Positions 40,743 through 54,928 of a stretch of 64,000 nucleotides of DNA are shown here, one piece after another; position 1 is the stretch's first letter; the number at the start of each line of letters is the position of its first letter. Made by a program: the position numbers and the translations under genes. A model generated the notes under the pieces. It saw nothing but the letters and a program-made list of their open reading frames with translations, was not told where the DNA came from and did not search any database. Source of the DNA: Octopus sinensis (lineage: Eukaryota); the NCBI RefSeq assembly GCF_006345805.1, contig NC_042999.1, positions 147,808,001 through 147,872,000 of the forward strand, written 5' to 3'.

Positions 40743-41164
40743 TCATAAACACACCCCTTGACCTAGTTAGGCTTCATATGTATTGCTGGGTATCTACAAA
40801 CTATCGATATGGCGAAACCTTTCTCCCTAGAAACTTTGTGCAGTGAAAATAAGTCTTCTTTCTAATCTATTTGACACCAGGTCTTGCGGAGAGTAATGAC
40901 ATTCTTTTCCAGCAATGCTAGTGACTATATAAAGAAATGGGAATTTCAATTCAATCGCTGCCAACTTTGAAGCAGGAAGTTCCTAATCAAGCTTTATAAC
41001 CAACGTATCTAGCTTTCTCTCGACCAATAAACTGAGTGGTGAGTTTCATGTCAATCTAAATGCTTCTCTATGTAAATACATATTTATACCATTGTATCTA
41101 AGTGTTCCTATGAAAGCTGTGTTCTGAGTGAATGCACACTTTACCTTTGTATTCGGCATGGTGC

Positions 41165-41367
41165 AGAGGGAGCAGAGGGAAGGGGAAGAGGGAGGGAGAA
41201 AGAGGGAAGAAGGGAAGGGGAGTAGGGGTGAAAGGATGAAGGACTGAAGAAGTAGGGGTCGGGGGGAAAGGATAGGTGAGGAGGTGGGAGAGGGGGGGTT
41301 AGATGAGGAGGGGGGGAGAGTTGAGACCAAATGGCGTATAAGAGCGAAGAGAGAAGATTAATTCCTG
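41165..41367 (-). repeat. Inverted near-identical copy of 39576-39775 (end of GIY-YIG ORF and C/T tract)
   Basis: ORF-track entries 39614-39937(+) and 41046-41330(-) share MVSTLPPSSSNPP...PRPLLLQSFILSPLLPFPSSLFLPPSSPSLCSL. Confidence 0.92.
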
Positions 41368-42039
41368 CGTACCTAACATATACAATTTCACTTAACCAGT
41401 CTGCTTAGCTGTTTGTTTTGTGCTTATAAACATTTTTGTTCTTGCTTTTTATGTACATACATGTTTTAAATTTGCGTATATCTAAACATTTTTCTGTATA
41501 AATTAGTTTTGTGCGTGGATTTCCATTTACAACATTTTATTTGTCTCCTTGGCATAGCGCAGACTTTGTAAAAGACAAGTGAAAATTTTGCATATCGAGT
41601 CCATTAAGCTCTTTGTTTTATGCCTATATACTATATAAGTGCTTTTTGTATGAATAAACATTTATATTGGTGTATATCTAAGCGTTTATACTACTCTGCT
41701 AAAGTGCATGAATCTATATTTGCAATACAGTACTTTTGTATCCCTATATGCATTTCAGTATTTTGATACTAGTTTTAATCTATTTGACTATCTATGTATA
41801 GGTAAATTTGGACAGATATGCGTATTTAGTACGTTTGTAAGGTCGTCTGTATTTTGTAGGATTTGTACTGATAGGAAATTTATTATGAGTTCATTACTGC
41901 AATGAAAAGCACATATCACCCATAACTGAAAGTATTTCATTAGTAAAAATCACCTGTCGGCTCTTTGCCACGATTGATTGGAGTCCATGATAATTGATTG
42001 GTTCATTGTTTAATTGTGGGATTTATAGTGATCATTGTG

Positions 42040-42360
42040 AAGGCGCGTAGCTTAGAGGTTAGGACATTCGGCTCACGATCGATAGGTCGTAAGTTCAACT
42101 TACGGCGGTGCGTTATGTTCTTGAGCAAGACATTTTATTTAACATTGCTCCAGTCCACTCAGCCTGCGAAAATGAGCAGTACCTGTGTTTCAAACGGCCT
42201 GCCTTGTCACATTCTGTGTCACGCTGAATATCCCTGAAAACTACGTTACGGGTACTCGTGACGGTGTAGTGCTCATCCACTTGCACGTTAATTTCACGGG
42301 CAGGCTGTTCCATTGAACGGATCAACTGGAATCGTTATCGTCATACTCGACAGAATAGCG
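42040..42360 (+). mobile_element. tRNA-derived SINE related in body to 12908-13284 and 55449-55830
   Basis: Head GGCGCGTAGCTTAGAGGTTAGGACATTCGG...AAGTTCAACTT; body TGTCACGCTGAAT...TTGCACGTTAATTTCACG.GCAGGCTGTTCC.TTGA.CGGATCAACTGGAA. Confidence 0.8.
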
Positions 42361-42765
42361 ATGCTCAAAGCAACTGCCTCTTCTCTTCTGCTTTCAAAGC
42401 TGCTTCGTATTTTTGCATTTGCAATAGCGTAACCAAACATGACATCCTAATTACATTATGATTAACGTTGAGTTCCCACCAAAATACTTTTGTTAAATCA
42501 AGAGATATGATTTGTCAGTATCCATAGGATTGTGATACTCACTTTTTTTTTTTTTTTTTTTCATTTTTTCAGTGGCAGGCATTCTATCCCCTTCTTCCTT
42601 TAAATTAAATACGGGTCATTGATTCTGAACTGAAATGGATGTAGAGGCTTGGTGAACGAATTATATTTCCGTAATTAAGCCGCCGAATAACAAATTAACA
42701 GACGTCGGCGACAACGATGACAACGACAAGGTGATGATGATGATGATGACGACGACGACGACGAC

Positions 42766-42808
<43 letters not shown>

Positions 42809-42895
42809 CCGACGTGGATGTAATCGTAATAGATGAATATGCCTGAAAGCAGACACATAGATAGACAAGCAGAAAAGTAAACAGATAAACAAGCC

Positions 42896-42961
<66 letters not shown>

Positions 42962-43718
42962 CAGGAGGTAGATAGATAGATGGAGAGAGGTAAAGAGAGG
43001 GAGGAGAGAAATAGAGAAATAGAGATAGAAATAGAAAGACAGAGAGAGGGAGGTGCAAGTAGGCAGACGAACAGACAAACAGAAAAGGAGGCAAATAAAC
43101 AGAAAAAGAGCTAGACAAACAGAGATAGTTGGTGAAAGAAATGTTTTGGAAATTATTCACATTTCTCAGCAATTTCGATAGAGCAATGTCGTCTGCAACA
43201 AAGAAAAAAATATAGGCAAAAGTCCTTTTGACTTCCGTTTACAGATTTTTAATGTTTTCTCCTAATCCGCTAAGAGCATTTTATATTATTGTTTTATCTT
43301 AATTTATTCATGAATTTATTCATCTATTGTAGAAAAAACAAAGAATTGTTTTTAAATCAGTCTAGATTATTTATAATTTCTTTTTCATTATTCCACGAGT
43401 ATTTTCCCTCATTTTGCATTTCATTTGGTTTACTTTTTTATTGGTAGATATATTTTTTCATTTCGACTTGTTTCATATTATTCCTCAACAGTATTTAAAG
43501 AAAAAAAAACCAGTAAAAGCATTGGCACACCTTTTAGCGGGTCACAATATATTTTAAATAATGGTTCGTTCAATTAAATCTATTGCCAAGGGACGCCACG
43601 CAAACATTAAACCGGTAGTCGTATTTATCTCTATCTTTAGGTTTGTGTACATATTCATGTGTATGCATGTGTGTGTGTGTGTGTGTTTCTGGGTCTGCAC
43701 GTGTGTATGTGCGAATAG

Positions 43719-43757
<39 letters not shown>

Positions 43758-44179
43758 ACACACACATATATATCTATATATATATATATATATATATATC
43801 ATAGATTAGATCCTAATATTCTCCGTATGAAATACACTTAATACTGCACGAGATATTTAAACTTGGGAGGTATAGAGGTAAAAGTAGGGATAAGTGAATG
43901 CGGCAGATCAATACATAATCAGTATTAAATACATGCAATACAAAAAATGTATATATGTATACCCATAAAAAAATCCATTTTAGCCCTTTAATTCTCTCTA
44001 TCATTTCTAATCTGTGTAAGTTGGACCTTTATATATGAATATGTATATACATATTTTGTATTTCATGTACTTAATACACGCTATATATTGATCTGCCTAA
44101 TTCGCCTATTCCTACATTTATCTCTATATTGTGTTATCCCATAAACAATATGTTGCTTTTTTTTTCATTTGCATGAGCT

Positions 44180-45030
44180 AAAAGTCGGAGGGAGACAGGA
44201 TAAAGTACCTGCATCTACTTGCTATAAGAGCAGGTAGTAATTTTACTATGTCCTTATTCTTAGTGCAAGTTTTGAAGAGTGCAGTTCGATTTTAACAGTA
44301 ATTTTTTTCAGAGCTATAATTGAAGTGAAAAGGGAGCATATTCGGCATATTTTGTTTTATGAGTTAAGCAAGCAGCAACGCAACGTTAAGTACGAAGAAT
44401 ATTAATGAAGTATATGGGGATCGGACAGCAAAAACCAGTGTCAATGGTGTTTCCAGAAATTCTGAGCCGGAAACTACAGCCTAGAAGACGAGCCTCGTTC
44501 TGAAAGATCTGTAGACCCCGATGAGAACTTCCTGGAAACCATGGTAGGACAAAATCCCATCGTAGCTGTTGAGGAGCTAGCGAAGAAGCATGGATTTGGT
44601 CAATCAACCATTCATCGACATCAGTGTGCCGTCGGAAACTTCAGTAAATAGGGCCAATGTGTACCTCACAAACTTTTTCCTAGTCTAATCGCGTGTAGAG
44701 AGTGAATGTGTGCTCGTCTTTGCAGTTACATCTCACGAATGAACCGTTTTTGGACTGAATAGCGACTGGTGACGACAAATGAGTTCTCCATAAGAATGCG
44801 AAGCGCTGAAAACAGTGGGTAGGGAAATGAGATATAAGGTGATGTTATGGGATATGAAAGATTTAGTCCACTTTGAACTTTTAAACCCAAACTAAACGAT
44901 AACAAAAGGAGATCAACTGCGAGGAGCTTGAGCAGCTTAAGTCAGCGCTAGAAGAAAAACAACCATCTTCCATCAGTATAATGCTCGATCACATGCTGCG
45001 AGGATGAGATTCGAAAGGCTGGAGCAGTGT
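44180..45030 (+). mobile_element. Decayed mariner transposase fragment
   Basis: EHIRHILFYE...INEVYGDR...LEDEPRSERS...VEELAKKHGFGQSTIHRH, then EPFLD*IATGDDK and ITKEI.CEELEQL; many lesions. Confidence 0.8.
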
Positions 45031-45647
45031 TTTATTATTACGTTCTGACATTAATTCGTATACTACACGTAGCAGAGGACATGGGATTTTAACACCAGTT
45101 AGTCAGAATTCTGTAGCATGTAATATTCCAGTGACAACAGAAACTAGGTAAGCAATTTGATAAAAGTGGATGAAATTTGATTTCGTGTGATCGTCTTAAA
45201 TGATGGTGCCACTTCAGCATGGAACGATACCGTAGGACTCCAAATACCGTGCAGTACAGAGGATATACACAGGGGCGTTGCGACTTCATTTTGTAAGTAG
45301 TGTTGTAAGGAGATGTGACGTGGAGAAAATTAAAATCCTTCGAGGATCATTAACAAAAGAAGAAAATAAATGGTAAAAAATAGAATTAGCACAGACTAAA
45401 CGCACTTCACCAAAATACATCGATAACTTTAGAGTTTCATTACTTCATTGTTGTGTGATGTGGCAAACAATAGCCTTCTTGCCTAGAAGCTAAATTTGAA
45501 AGAAATAACATAATTACCGAGATGATTTTCAAGAAATACGTACAGTCGAATTGGAGGTGCTCCAAGAAGATAAATAGTTGAACACCGCATTAACCAAACA
45601 AATACCAAAAGGATGTGTGAATCTTTTCAAGTTTGGGATTATTATTA

Positions 45648-45698
<51 letters not shown>

Positions 45699-45699
45699 C

Positions 45700-45742
<43 letters not shown>

Positions 45743-45869
45743 CTATTATTATTATTATTATTACTTTTTTTTTCTTCTTTCAAATTTTCTTCCATTTCTT
45801 GCCGAGTGTCTTCCCGACTCCTAGGGCAAAGAAACTCATAGTGTATATTGGTAAGCCATTAAACCAAAC

Positions 45870-46592
45870 TCAGTAGTTCGTTTCATTTTTTTTTTTTTTT
45901 TTTTAAGTTAAATTAAAATACATGAGCAGCAACGTTTCTCACATCGACAATGCTCTTCTCAATACGTGTGATGTACCAGTTAAGACAATCTTTTGCACTT
46001 CTTGCAGGGATGGTAAGCCAGGGATCATTCTCATATAATTTTCGGTTCCCTTCTTGACATTCCTAATGCTCCTACGATCACTGGTATTGTAACCGCCTTG
46101 AGATGCCACATTTTCTCAATTCAATGAGTAGGTCTTATTTTTCTTGAGCTTGTCAAACTCTTTCGCTGAGATATTATGATCACAGGGGATGCTCATGTCG
46201 ATCAATAAGCAAACTTTATTGTTTTGGTCTTTCACAACAATATCTGGTTTATTGGCCTTGATGGTTCGGTCTGTATGTACTGGAAAGTCCCACAGAATGG
46301 TTACATTTTCTCCTTCAGTACAGCCTCAGGGTGGTGATTATACCACTTGTCGCAGTTTTGATATTGTAATGCCGACTTATTAGCCAGTGGAGATATTGGC
46401 CAACTCTGTCATGTCTTAATTTATACTCCACTGGTGCTAAGACTTTACATCCAGAGATTAAGTGGTCCACTGTTTCAATCATGTCGTTGCAGAATCGGCA
46501 TTTTGGGTCTGCTCCATTTTTCATCACATTGGCCTGGTAGTTCCGGGTTAATAGGCTTTGGTCTTGAGCAGCCAGGATGAAACCTTCGCTCT
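45870..46592 (-). mobile_element. R4/Dong-clade non-LTR retrotransposon, 3' fragment
   Basis: GFILAAQDQSLLTRNY...KCRFCNDMIETVDHLISGCKVLAPVEYKLRHDRV...TILWDFPVHTDRTIKANKPDIVVKD...LLIDMSIP; A-rich 3' end; adjacent (TAT)n. Confidence 0.9.
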
Positions 46593-46612
46593 CTGCTTTT
46601 TTTTTTTTTTGC

Positions 46613-46693
<81 letters not shown>

Positions 46694-46739
46694 GGTTTGA
46701 CTCAGGTTCGGTCTTATTTCTGGTAGCCTTTATATGGGT

Positions 46740-47800
46740 AGTGGGTTACTATCTGAAACTTTAGGTATCCACAAGTTTTTGGTAGTCTTTCAAGCGCTTA
46801 GAAACTTCCTGATAATCTTTGCTGCCCCTAAGAGACAAACGTTTTAAAGGAGGTTTGCAGGGCATTCTATTTCAGTCTCCTTCAGCCATTTCTCTATATC
46901 TTTGCTTTCTGTTCCCACCACACAAATCATTATAGGCACGAGCTCTTTACTGTTCTCATGCTCCAAATTCTTCTTATTGCAAATTTTAAGGTGTTGTATT
47001 TTTTCTTTCATTCCTTCATTTTGTTTTTGATGTTCGCCTTCTTTACGATCCTGTATGCAAACGAGCATGATGGGTCGATTAGTAAGCAACTGCGCGTTTC
47101 CCTATCTATAATTGTTATGTCCGGTCTATTATTTTCTAACTTATTGTTCGTTTGAAGAGGAAAGTCACACAAAATTTAACATTTTTTCCGACCCCAGTAC
47201 TTTTTCGAGCCGATGACTGTACCCTGTGTTTCCAGCTTCAAATCCCCATTTCTGGCAAGGTTTCCAGTGTAAAACTTTTACAGGTTGGTCGTGCCTCCAT
47301 TTCCTATACTCTTCCTGTGCCAACTTGGAGCATTCTACCACAATGTGTGTCACTGTCACGTCCCAAGTTCCACAGGCTCTACATTTTTCTAACACATTCT
47401 CTGCATATATATTTTTTTCTCAAGTTATTTGTTTTTATCGCTTGGTCTTGGGATGCTAGAATTAGGCTCTCTGTTTCTTTCTGTTTTTTAATTGCCCCTT
47501 TTTTAACCAAGATCAGGATTTTGTTCCACATACATCTTCAGTGGCTCTCTAAAATTGGCCACACAGAGGTTTCTCTTCAATCTATCTGACATGCTCACTA
47601 TGTATTTCATTCATGTTTCTTTCTCCTATTATGCACTGAGGTACTGCATGCTGGGACAGAATCCGAAGCTACATGTTTGTAAAGCAAAATTCCCTTGCCT
47701 CAAAGCCATGCCCGTGCTTATTTGTACCTCAAGTAATTTGTATCTCAAGCAATTACCCTACAAAGGGAAAGGTGCGCAAATACCACGGCACGCACCCTTA
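46740..47800 (-). mobile_element. Second, more diverged R4-clade fragment
   Basis: KCRACG...TVTHIVVECSKLAQEEYRKWRHDQ...LHW...NRPDITIIDRE..CLLID...VPIMICVVG...LLGAAKIIRK. Confidence 0.85.
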
Positions 47801-48069
47801 TAAAAATATATATTTGACAGCAAGCAGCAACGAGACATTTAACACACGATAAGTAAAAGTTGTTAATAACAGCAATAATAGGATAATGTCTCCAGTAATT
47901 AGCTGCAATACAAAAAAAGAAGGAGCTAAAGAACCAAGAGTCAAATTAAAACACACAAAGCCACCCTCTAGAGAGAACGTAAGGTGTTGGAATTACAATT
48001 AACTTCTGACATTTCATTTTCAAGATCCTTTTCTAGCTATTCTTTTCTGACTATTATAATATTCTTTTA

Positions 48070-48326
48070 TTCTTTTATTTACTTAGTTGTTTCAGTCATT
48101 TGATTGCGGCCAATCTGGAGCACCATTGGATGGTTTTAATCGAACAATCGACCCCCAGGAATTCTGTTTTCAGTCTAATGCTTATACTATCGGAACCATT
48201 TGCCGAACCGCTACGTTATGGGGATGTAAAAACACACCTCACCGTTGTGAAATGGTGATGGGCGGGCAAATAGAAACAAAGACACACACGCACAGATATA
48301 ATATATATATATATATATAATATATA

Positions 48327-48378
<52 letters not shown>

Positions 48379-48530
48379 CGACAGGCTTCTTTCTGTTTCC
48401 GTCAACACAAATCCATTCACATGGCTTTGGTTGGCCCGAGACTATAATAGAAGACATTTGTCCAAGGTGCCAAGCAGAACCTGAGAATCATGTGATTGGT
48501 AAACAAACTTCTTAGCACAGAGCCCCGACT
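48070..48530 (-). mobile_element. Third-family SINE, diverged
   Basis: TTGTTTCAGTCATTTGATTGCGGCC...GGAGCACC tail and ACAGGCTTCTTTCTGTTTCCGTC...AAGGTGCC head-proximal part. Confidence 0.8.
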
Positions 48531-49050
48531 GTGCTGTTAGTCCAATAAATGTAGTGTAATCTAGCAGTTTAGTTTCGTTGTTAACTCACTGAAATCCGTG
48601 ATAATCGACAGATAGATTTACTGGAAAGATTAAAGATAGAGTCAACAAATATACATATATATGTACACCGATGTTTAAAAAAAAATATTGGAAGAGATTC
48701 AAGGTGGAAGGGAAAATTCGGAAGAAAGATTTGCTTTAAAAATCGAGTGTTCCTAGAAAAAACAATATTGAATAAATTTCACAGAGACAGACAATAATAA
48801 AATAGAAATGCTCGATGAATTTCATAACGGTCATGTTTGATTGAAAGTTCAGTGAAATTGATTCATATTTACAATTAGATACTATAAAGTTTTAAAAGCG
48901 AAAGGAAAAAGAAATATTTTTTAACAGTTTCTGTTGTAGTGCATGAAGTGAGATTTTTTGTCACTGGTTCTGCTGGTGAGAGCTAGAACTGTTTTAAGTT
49001 GAAATTGTTTTGTGTGTGTGTATATATATATATGTGAGTGTGTGTGTGTT

Positions 49051-49147
<97 letters not shown>

Positions 49148-49297
49148 TGTAGGTTTTTAAAATATAGACTTTAGACTCTGATTGGTTATAAGTTTAATGA
49201 GGTCGCTTGATTTTATCTGTCTGTGAAGTATTATTTTTCTCGGAAAACAAGTGACATACTCAGTCACGAGTTGACTTCCGTATGTATGTATGTATAT

Positions 49298-49342
<45 letters not shown>

Positions 49343-49422
49343 AATATATATATATATATAATATATAATATATATATAATATATATAATATATAATATTA
49401 TAATATATAATATATAATATAT

Positions 49423-49456
<34 letters not shown>

Positions 49457-49466
49457 CTATATATAT

Positions 49467-49510
<44 letters not shown>

Positions 49511-49738
49511 GAAGTCAACTCGTGACTGAGTATGTCACTTGTTTCCGAATAAATAATAGTTCACAGGCAGATAAAAATTATGGCATATTCTGTTACGAAC
49601 GTAGTAGAGTACAGTATAAAGCTTGTCCGCCTTCAGACTTCACCAGTAGAAGTATTATACGTACTTCCAGGCTTGCATTAGTGCTTCTGTCGTGTGTGAA
49701 CAGATTATTGAAAGAATTTGAGTCAGCAAGTCGGAGTA

Positions 49739-49977
49739 GGGTTGGACCTTTATTTTCAATAATTACAATTGTTTCAACGCAACGTAGTTCTCCAGACATG
49801 CAGGTACTTGATTATGAGACCGTTTTCCTGCATTATGAGACAATATTTACATATCACCTGAGGAAACACATCTAGATCTCACAAAGCATGAAAACGGTTT
49901 CAGAATCAAGTAGCTGCGCGCCTGGAGAACTACGTTACGTAGAAACAATTGTAGTGATTGAAAATAAATCTCCAACC
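49739..49977. repeat. Diverged ~100-bp inverted repeat of a PLE-like terminus with hammerhead-like motif
   Basis: Arms 49739-49839 and 49877-49977; the plus arm has CTGGAGA-ACTACG TTA CGTA-GAAAC AATT GTA. Confidence 0.75.
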
Positions 49978-50036
49978 GTATTTCTTTTTTTTTACTCCAA
50001 ATTTGTTCAATTATTCAGATATATACGTATATATAT

Positions 50037-50075
<39 letters not shown>

Positions 50076-50078
<3 letters not shown>

Positions 50079-51238
50079 ATCCGTGGAAAAGTTCTACACT
50101 GGATTAAGTATTTCCTGGCGAATAGAACACATGTTGTAGTTGATGGAGTCCACTCAAACCCAGCAAAAGTCACCAGCGTGTGTTCCCAGGGAACTGTTTT
50201 GGGTCCGCTACTCTTCATAATTTACGTAAACGACCTTTCCAGTGTCGTACATCACTGCAAAGTGAAAATATTCGCTGATGACACTAAGCTCCAGCAAATC
50301 GTCAATGAAGAAGCAGACCGAACTCAACTCCAGTCTGATCTATATGCTGTGAGTCAATGGGCAGACAGAAACAAATGCAACTGAATGAGGGAAAATTTGA
50401 GCTGATGCATTCGAAGAAATTCCTCACTAAAACAACCATACTCTCTTCCTTCAGGGGAACCGCTCACAGCCTCTACAATATCGAGACCGGTGTGTAATTG
50501 TTGATGACGATCTCAGTTGGAGTGCACACATCAACAAGAAGGTCGATATAGCTCGTAGGATGAGTTCCTGGATCTTAAGAACTTTCCGGTCCAGAGAACA
50601 AGGTGTCATCATACCACTTTTTTCCTCCTTTGTACGGCCACACCTTGAATACTGCTGCCACTGTGGTCTCTCACAAAGACAAAAACATCTCCAGAATTGT
50701 CACCCCAGAGGGCTCTCACTAAACAAATGAAGACATGGCTGCTCTCGATTATTGGGATCGCCTTAAAGCCCTGAAACTTTACTCCCTCCTGCGTCGCCGT
50801 GAGCGGTACATCATTTGTACGATGTGGAAAATATACCGCCAACTTTGCCAAAACGACCAAAAATTAGCTTCAAGGTTCATCCAAGACTTGGACCACGGGC
50901 TATACGTCCCCTGCCAAATTCAAGATCACAACATACATGTACACTGTAACATATTTTCTTTTCCTCAACAGGCCCTGCCCATTTAACATTGTCCCGAGGG
51001 AGATCAAAGAGGAAAAGGATCCCATCAACTTTAAACAGAGTCTGGATAGATTTTCAAAGAATACCAGATAAGCCACCCATAATTGGATACAACTCACCCA
51101 ACAAGAACTCACTACTTGAACAAAACTTGACTTAAACAGGATTCGAATAATCCTATCAGGTGGTGCTATTAAGTTAGACATGGCCTGGACCAATCTCTGG
51201 TCGAAACATATCTAAGTTTTATCTAAGTTTCTAAGTTT
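50076..51238 (+). mobile_element. CR1-group LINE, 5'-truncated RT/3' end, degenerate
   Basis: SQGTVLGPLLFIIYVNDL...KIFADDTKL...LQSDLYAVSQWADRN; VRPHLEYC; LDYWDRLKALKLYSLLRRRERY; tail (TCTAAGTT)-like repeats. Confidence 0.92.
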
Positions 51239-51239
51239 T

Positions 51240-51590
<351 letters not shown>

Positions 51591-53224
51591 TGAATGGAGT
51601 GGGAGCGCTGAATGTGAAGTAAGAGTTTGTTGTAGTTAAGCAGAATAGATGGGGCGGCAACAGGATAGTCAGTAAAGAATAGTTAGAAAAGGATCTTGAA
51701 AATGAAATGTCAAAAGATAAATGAGGGAAGGAAGATGTCAAAGCTGTAACAGAGAGACGTTTGAGATTAAAATCTCTTCCCTAAAAGTTCGAAGTCTAAC
51801 AAACGATTATTAGTTTTCAAATCATTAAACTCATTAAACTGCTAAACACTAACCTTATATACATTGACATCAACTTCACCTCTTTCTCTAAGTCTCTCTT
51901 CCTACGTCTCATTCTTCTTTGTACTGCTCTCTTCTGAGTATCTCGTTCCCCTTCTCGTTCTTTTTCTTTCTCTCCCAGTGCCTGTATTCACTCTCATCTT
52001 TGCTTCTGCCACTGAAGTAGCTACCAGCTTCTACAAATTTAATTCAGTCTTTGCTCCTGACCACACTCTCTATATATTCTTACCCATTCCTTAAACTCAA
52101 AATTTCAACCGTTTCAAAATGCTATCAGTTTGTGGTTGTCGCTTTAATTCTATCTTATCCGGTTCAGTTTTATATTTAGTTTGGAATTTGAAGGATTGCA
52201 GCAATCTATTGAACAGTTTTACAATTGTAAGTCATCACCTGCTAGGTAAATGAAATGGAAACACATTCACATACCTGCACATACCCATACATACATCTGG
52301 TTGTTAAACGAAATACAAGCACAAACACATACACATATACGTATGCACACACATTATGCATCAGTGTGTGCATGGGTTTGTCTGCGTGTTTATGTATGGG
52401 TTATGTATGGATGTGCATTTGTTTACGTAAGCATGATTATGAAAATACAACACAAAAAATGTCAGAACTAACAGATACAAAATTTATTTATTTTGTTTAT
52501 ATAACTGAATACACTCCCAGTAAACGATACCTCGAACTAAAAGTGCATTTCCTTCTTTGGATTTAAACACAGGCTTCCCTTTCGATTTTGATTATTCTTT
52601 TCTATTCCAGTCGCTTTCAGTCATTTTCTTAAAAAATATTTTATTCAACAATTTTATTTACTCAGTTATTTGTTGTTTAGTTTGATGTACTTTTGTAAAT
52701 ATTGTTCTGAAGCCATACTAATATAAAATAAGAAATCCCCTCACTACGATATAATTCTATAGACTACTTCAGCTAAATACTATTTATTTGTTGATTTCTT
52801 TTTCTCAATACACTACGATACTTGACGCAAATTATCTCCTTTCTTTCCAAAATGGCTGCATATTTTTTCTAATATTTTTTAATACTTCATTCCTTTATAT
52901 AATAACTTAAATACCCATTCGCCTTTTTTTTGCACTGATTTCCATACCCTTATTACTATAGAATATTTTTGTTGTTTTCCTTTCTCTTCATTTCCTTCTT
53001 CTTTCTTCATTTTCTCCAACTACTGTTACTTTCTCGTAAACTTCCTTTTTTTACTATGATTGTTTCTTTTATCATTTATTTCTAAGTTTGGTCAAATTTG
53101 TGTTTCTTCCGTTTTATTTCTTATTAACCTTTATAATTTATACTTTTGTACTTTGAGCGTTATTTTCTGATCGTTGTTGTTATTCGTTCTTCCGTTCCGT
53201 TGGTTCTCTAATTTATTCTTATAT

Positions 53225-53281
<57 letters not shown>

Positions 53282-53487
53282 GTCTTCTCTCTAAACGACG
53301 TTCTTTATTTCTTTGTTGTTTTTTCTTGGTTTAGTATTGCTTGCTTTCCCTTTCTTGATTACGTTCTTCCCCTTCATCCCTATGCTTGTGTGTGTGGTGT
53401 GTGTGTGTGTGTGTGTGTGTGTGTGATGTTTGTGTGTGTGTGTGTGTGTGTGTCTTTTAATCCTCTTCTTTCTTTCCTGGCTCTGTA

Positions 53488-54738
53488 TCAGGTTGAGTAA
53501 AAAATAAGCAACGTTTTGAAACATAAACAATTTTACCGGACTTTTGCGGAGCTTTGAATGTTTTATTTTTTAACATTTTCTTGCAATTGTCTGATAATAC
53601 AGACATAGGCTTGCCCAAATGCATCAATAAATTAACATTGGCATTTTTTTCACAGTTGTTACAATCAGCTGAAACAGAACTGCCAAAGCGCGATATTCGA
53701 GGAATTTTGCTATTCAACTTCAAAAAAGGACGTAGAGCAGCTGAAACTGATCACGATAACGACGAAACGTTTGGTGAGGAAATGACTATTGAGTGGTGAG
53801 CTCAGAAATGGTTTAAACGATTTCGCGGTGCTGACTTGAGCCTTGAAGATCATCATTTAAAGACCCTCATTGAGAAAGATCCACGTAAAACCACTCGAGA
53901 ACTGGAAAAGAACTTCAAGTTAACCAGAAAACTGCCTGCAACCATTTGTATACGATCAGACAATCAAAAAAAGCTCGACAAATGTGTAACACACGATTTG
54001 AATGAAAATCAGAAAATGCGTAGATATGAAATTCGCTCGTCGCTTCTTCTGCGTAACCGGACCGATCCATTTTTCGATCGTATTATAACTTGCGATGAAA
54101 AGTGGATTCTGTACAATAATATAAAAGAAAAACGTTCTTTGCAGTGGTTGGACCAAAATGAAGCACCGAAAATATTCCCTAAACCCGAGCTCTTTAAAAA
54201 GAAGTTCATTGTGACTGTTTGGTGATGTACTTAAAACCCGGAAAAACCATTACTACAGAAACATATTGTCATGAAATTGCCAAAATGAACGAAAAACTGC
54301 TAGTTATCCGTCCCAGACTGGTCAACAGAAGAGGGCCAATCATTCTTCATGACAATGCTCTACCACACGTTTCATTTATGACGCTCGCTTCAGAAGTTGA
54401 GGGACCGTGGCGACCAAGTTCTTCCCCACCCAGCTTATTCCCCAGACCTTTCTCCTACCGACTACCACTTTTTCAAGCACCTTGATGGTTTCCTGCGAGA
54501 AAATGAGTTAAAAAATCAAACCGATGCTGAAAGTGCATTCAAGGAGTTTATTAGCTCCCAGAACTCCAGATTTTTATGTTACCGGAACAAATAAAGTTGT
54601 AAAAATGTATTGTAAAATGGCAAAACTGTATTGATTATAATGCTACTTACTTTGATGAATAAAATTTCCGAATTTTTGAAATATATATTGCCATGAATTT
54701 TATGTTTCAAAAGGTTGCTTACTTTTTACTCATCCTGA
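53488..54738 (+). mobile_element. Full-length (1251 bp) mariner transposon, transposase pseudogene
   Basis: TIR TCAGG(T/A)TGAGTAAAAA(A/G)TAAGCAAC at both ends with TA flanks (53486-87 and 54739-40); DPFFDRIITCDEKWILYNN, IILHDNALPH and HPAYSPDLSPTDYHFF motifs; frameshifted. Confidence 0.95.
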
Positions 54739-54748
54739 TATATATATC

Positions 54749-54813
<65 letters not shown>

Positions 54814-54846
54814 GTATATGTATGTATATATATATATATATATATG

Positions 54847-54928
<82 letters not shown>

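Larger units (their letters stand above)
38748..41862 (+). repeat. ~165-bp direct repeats (38748-38912 and 41697-41862) bracketing a PLE-rich block
   Basis: CTGCT.AAGTGCATGAATCTATATTTG.AATACAGTAC...GTACGTTTGTAAGGTCGTCTGTATTTTGTAGGAT is present twice. Confidence 0.9.
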
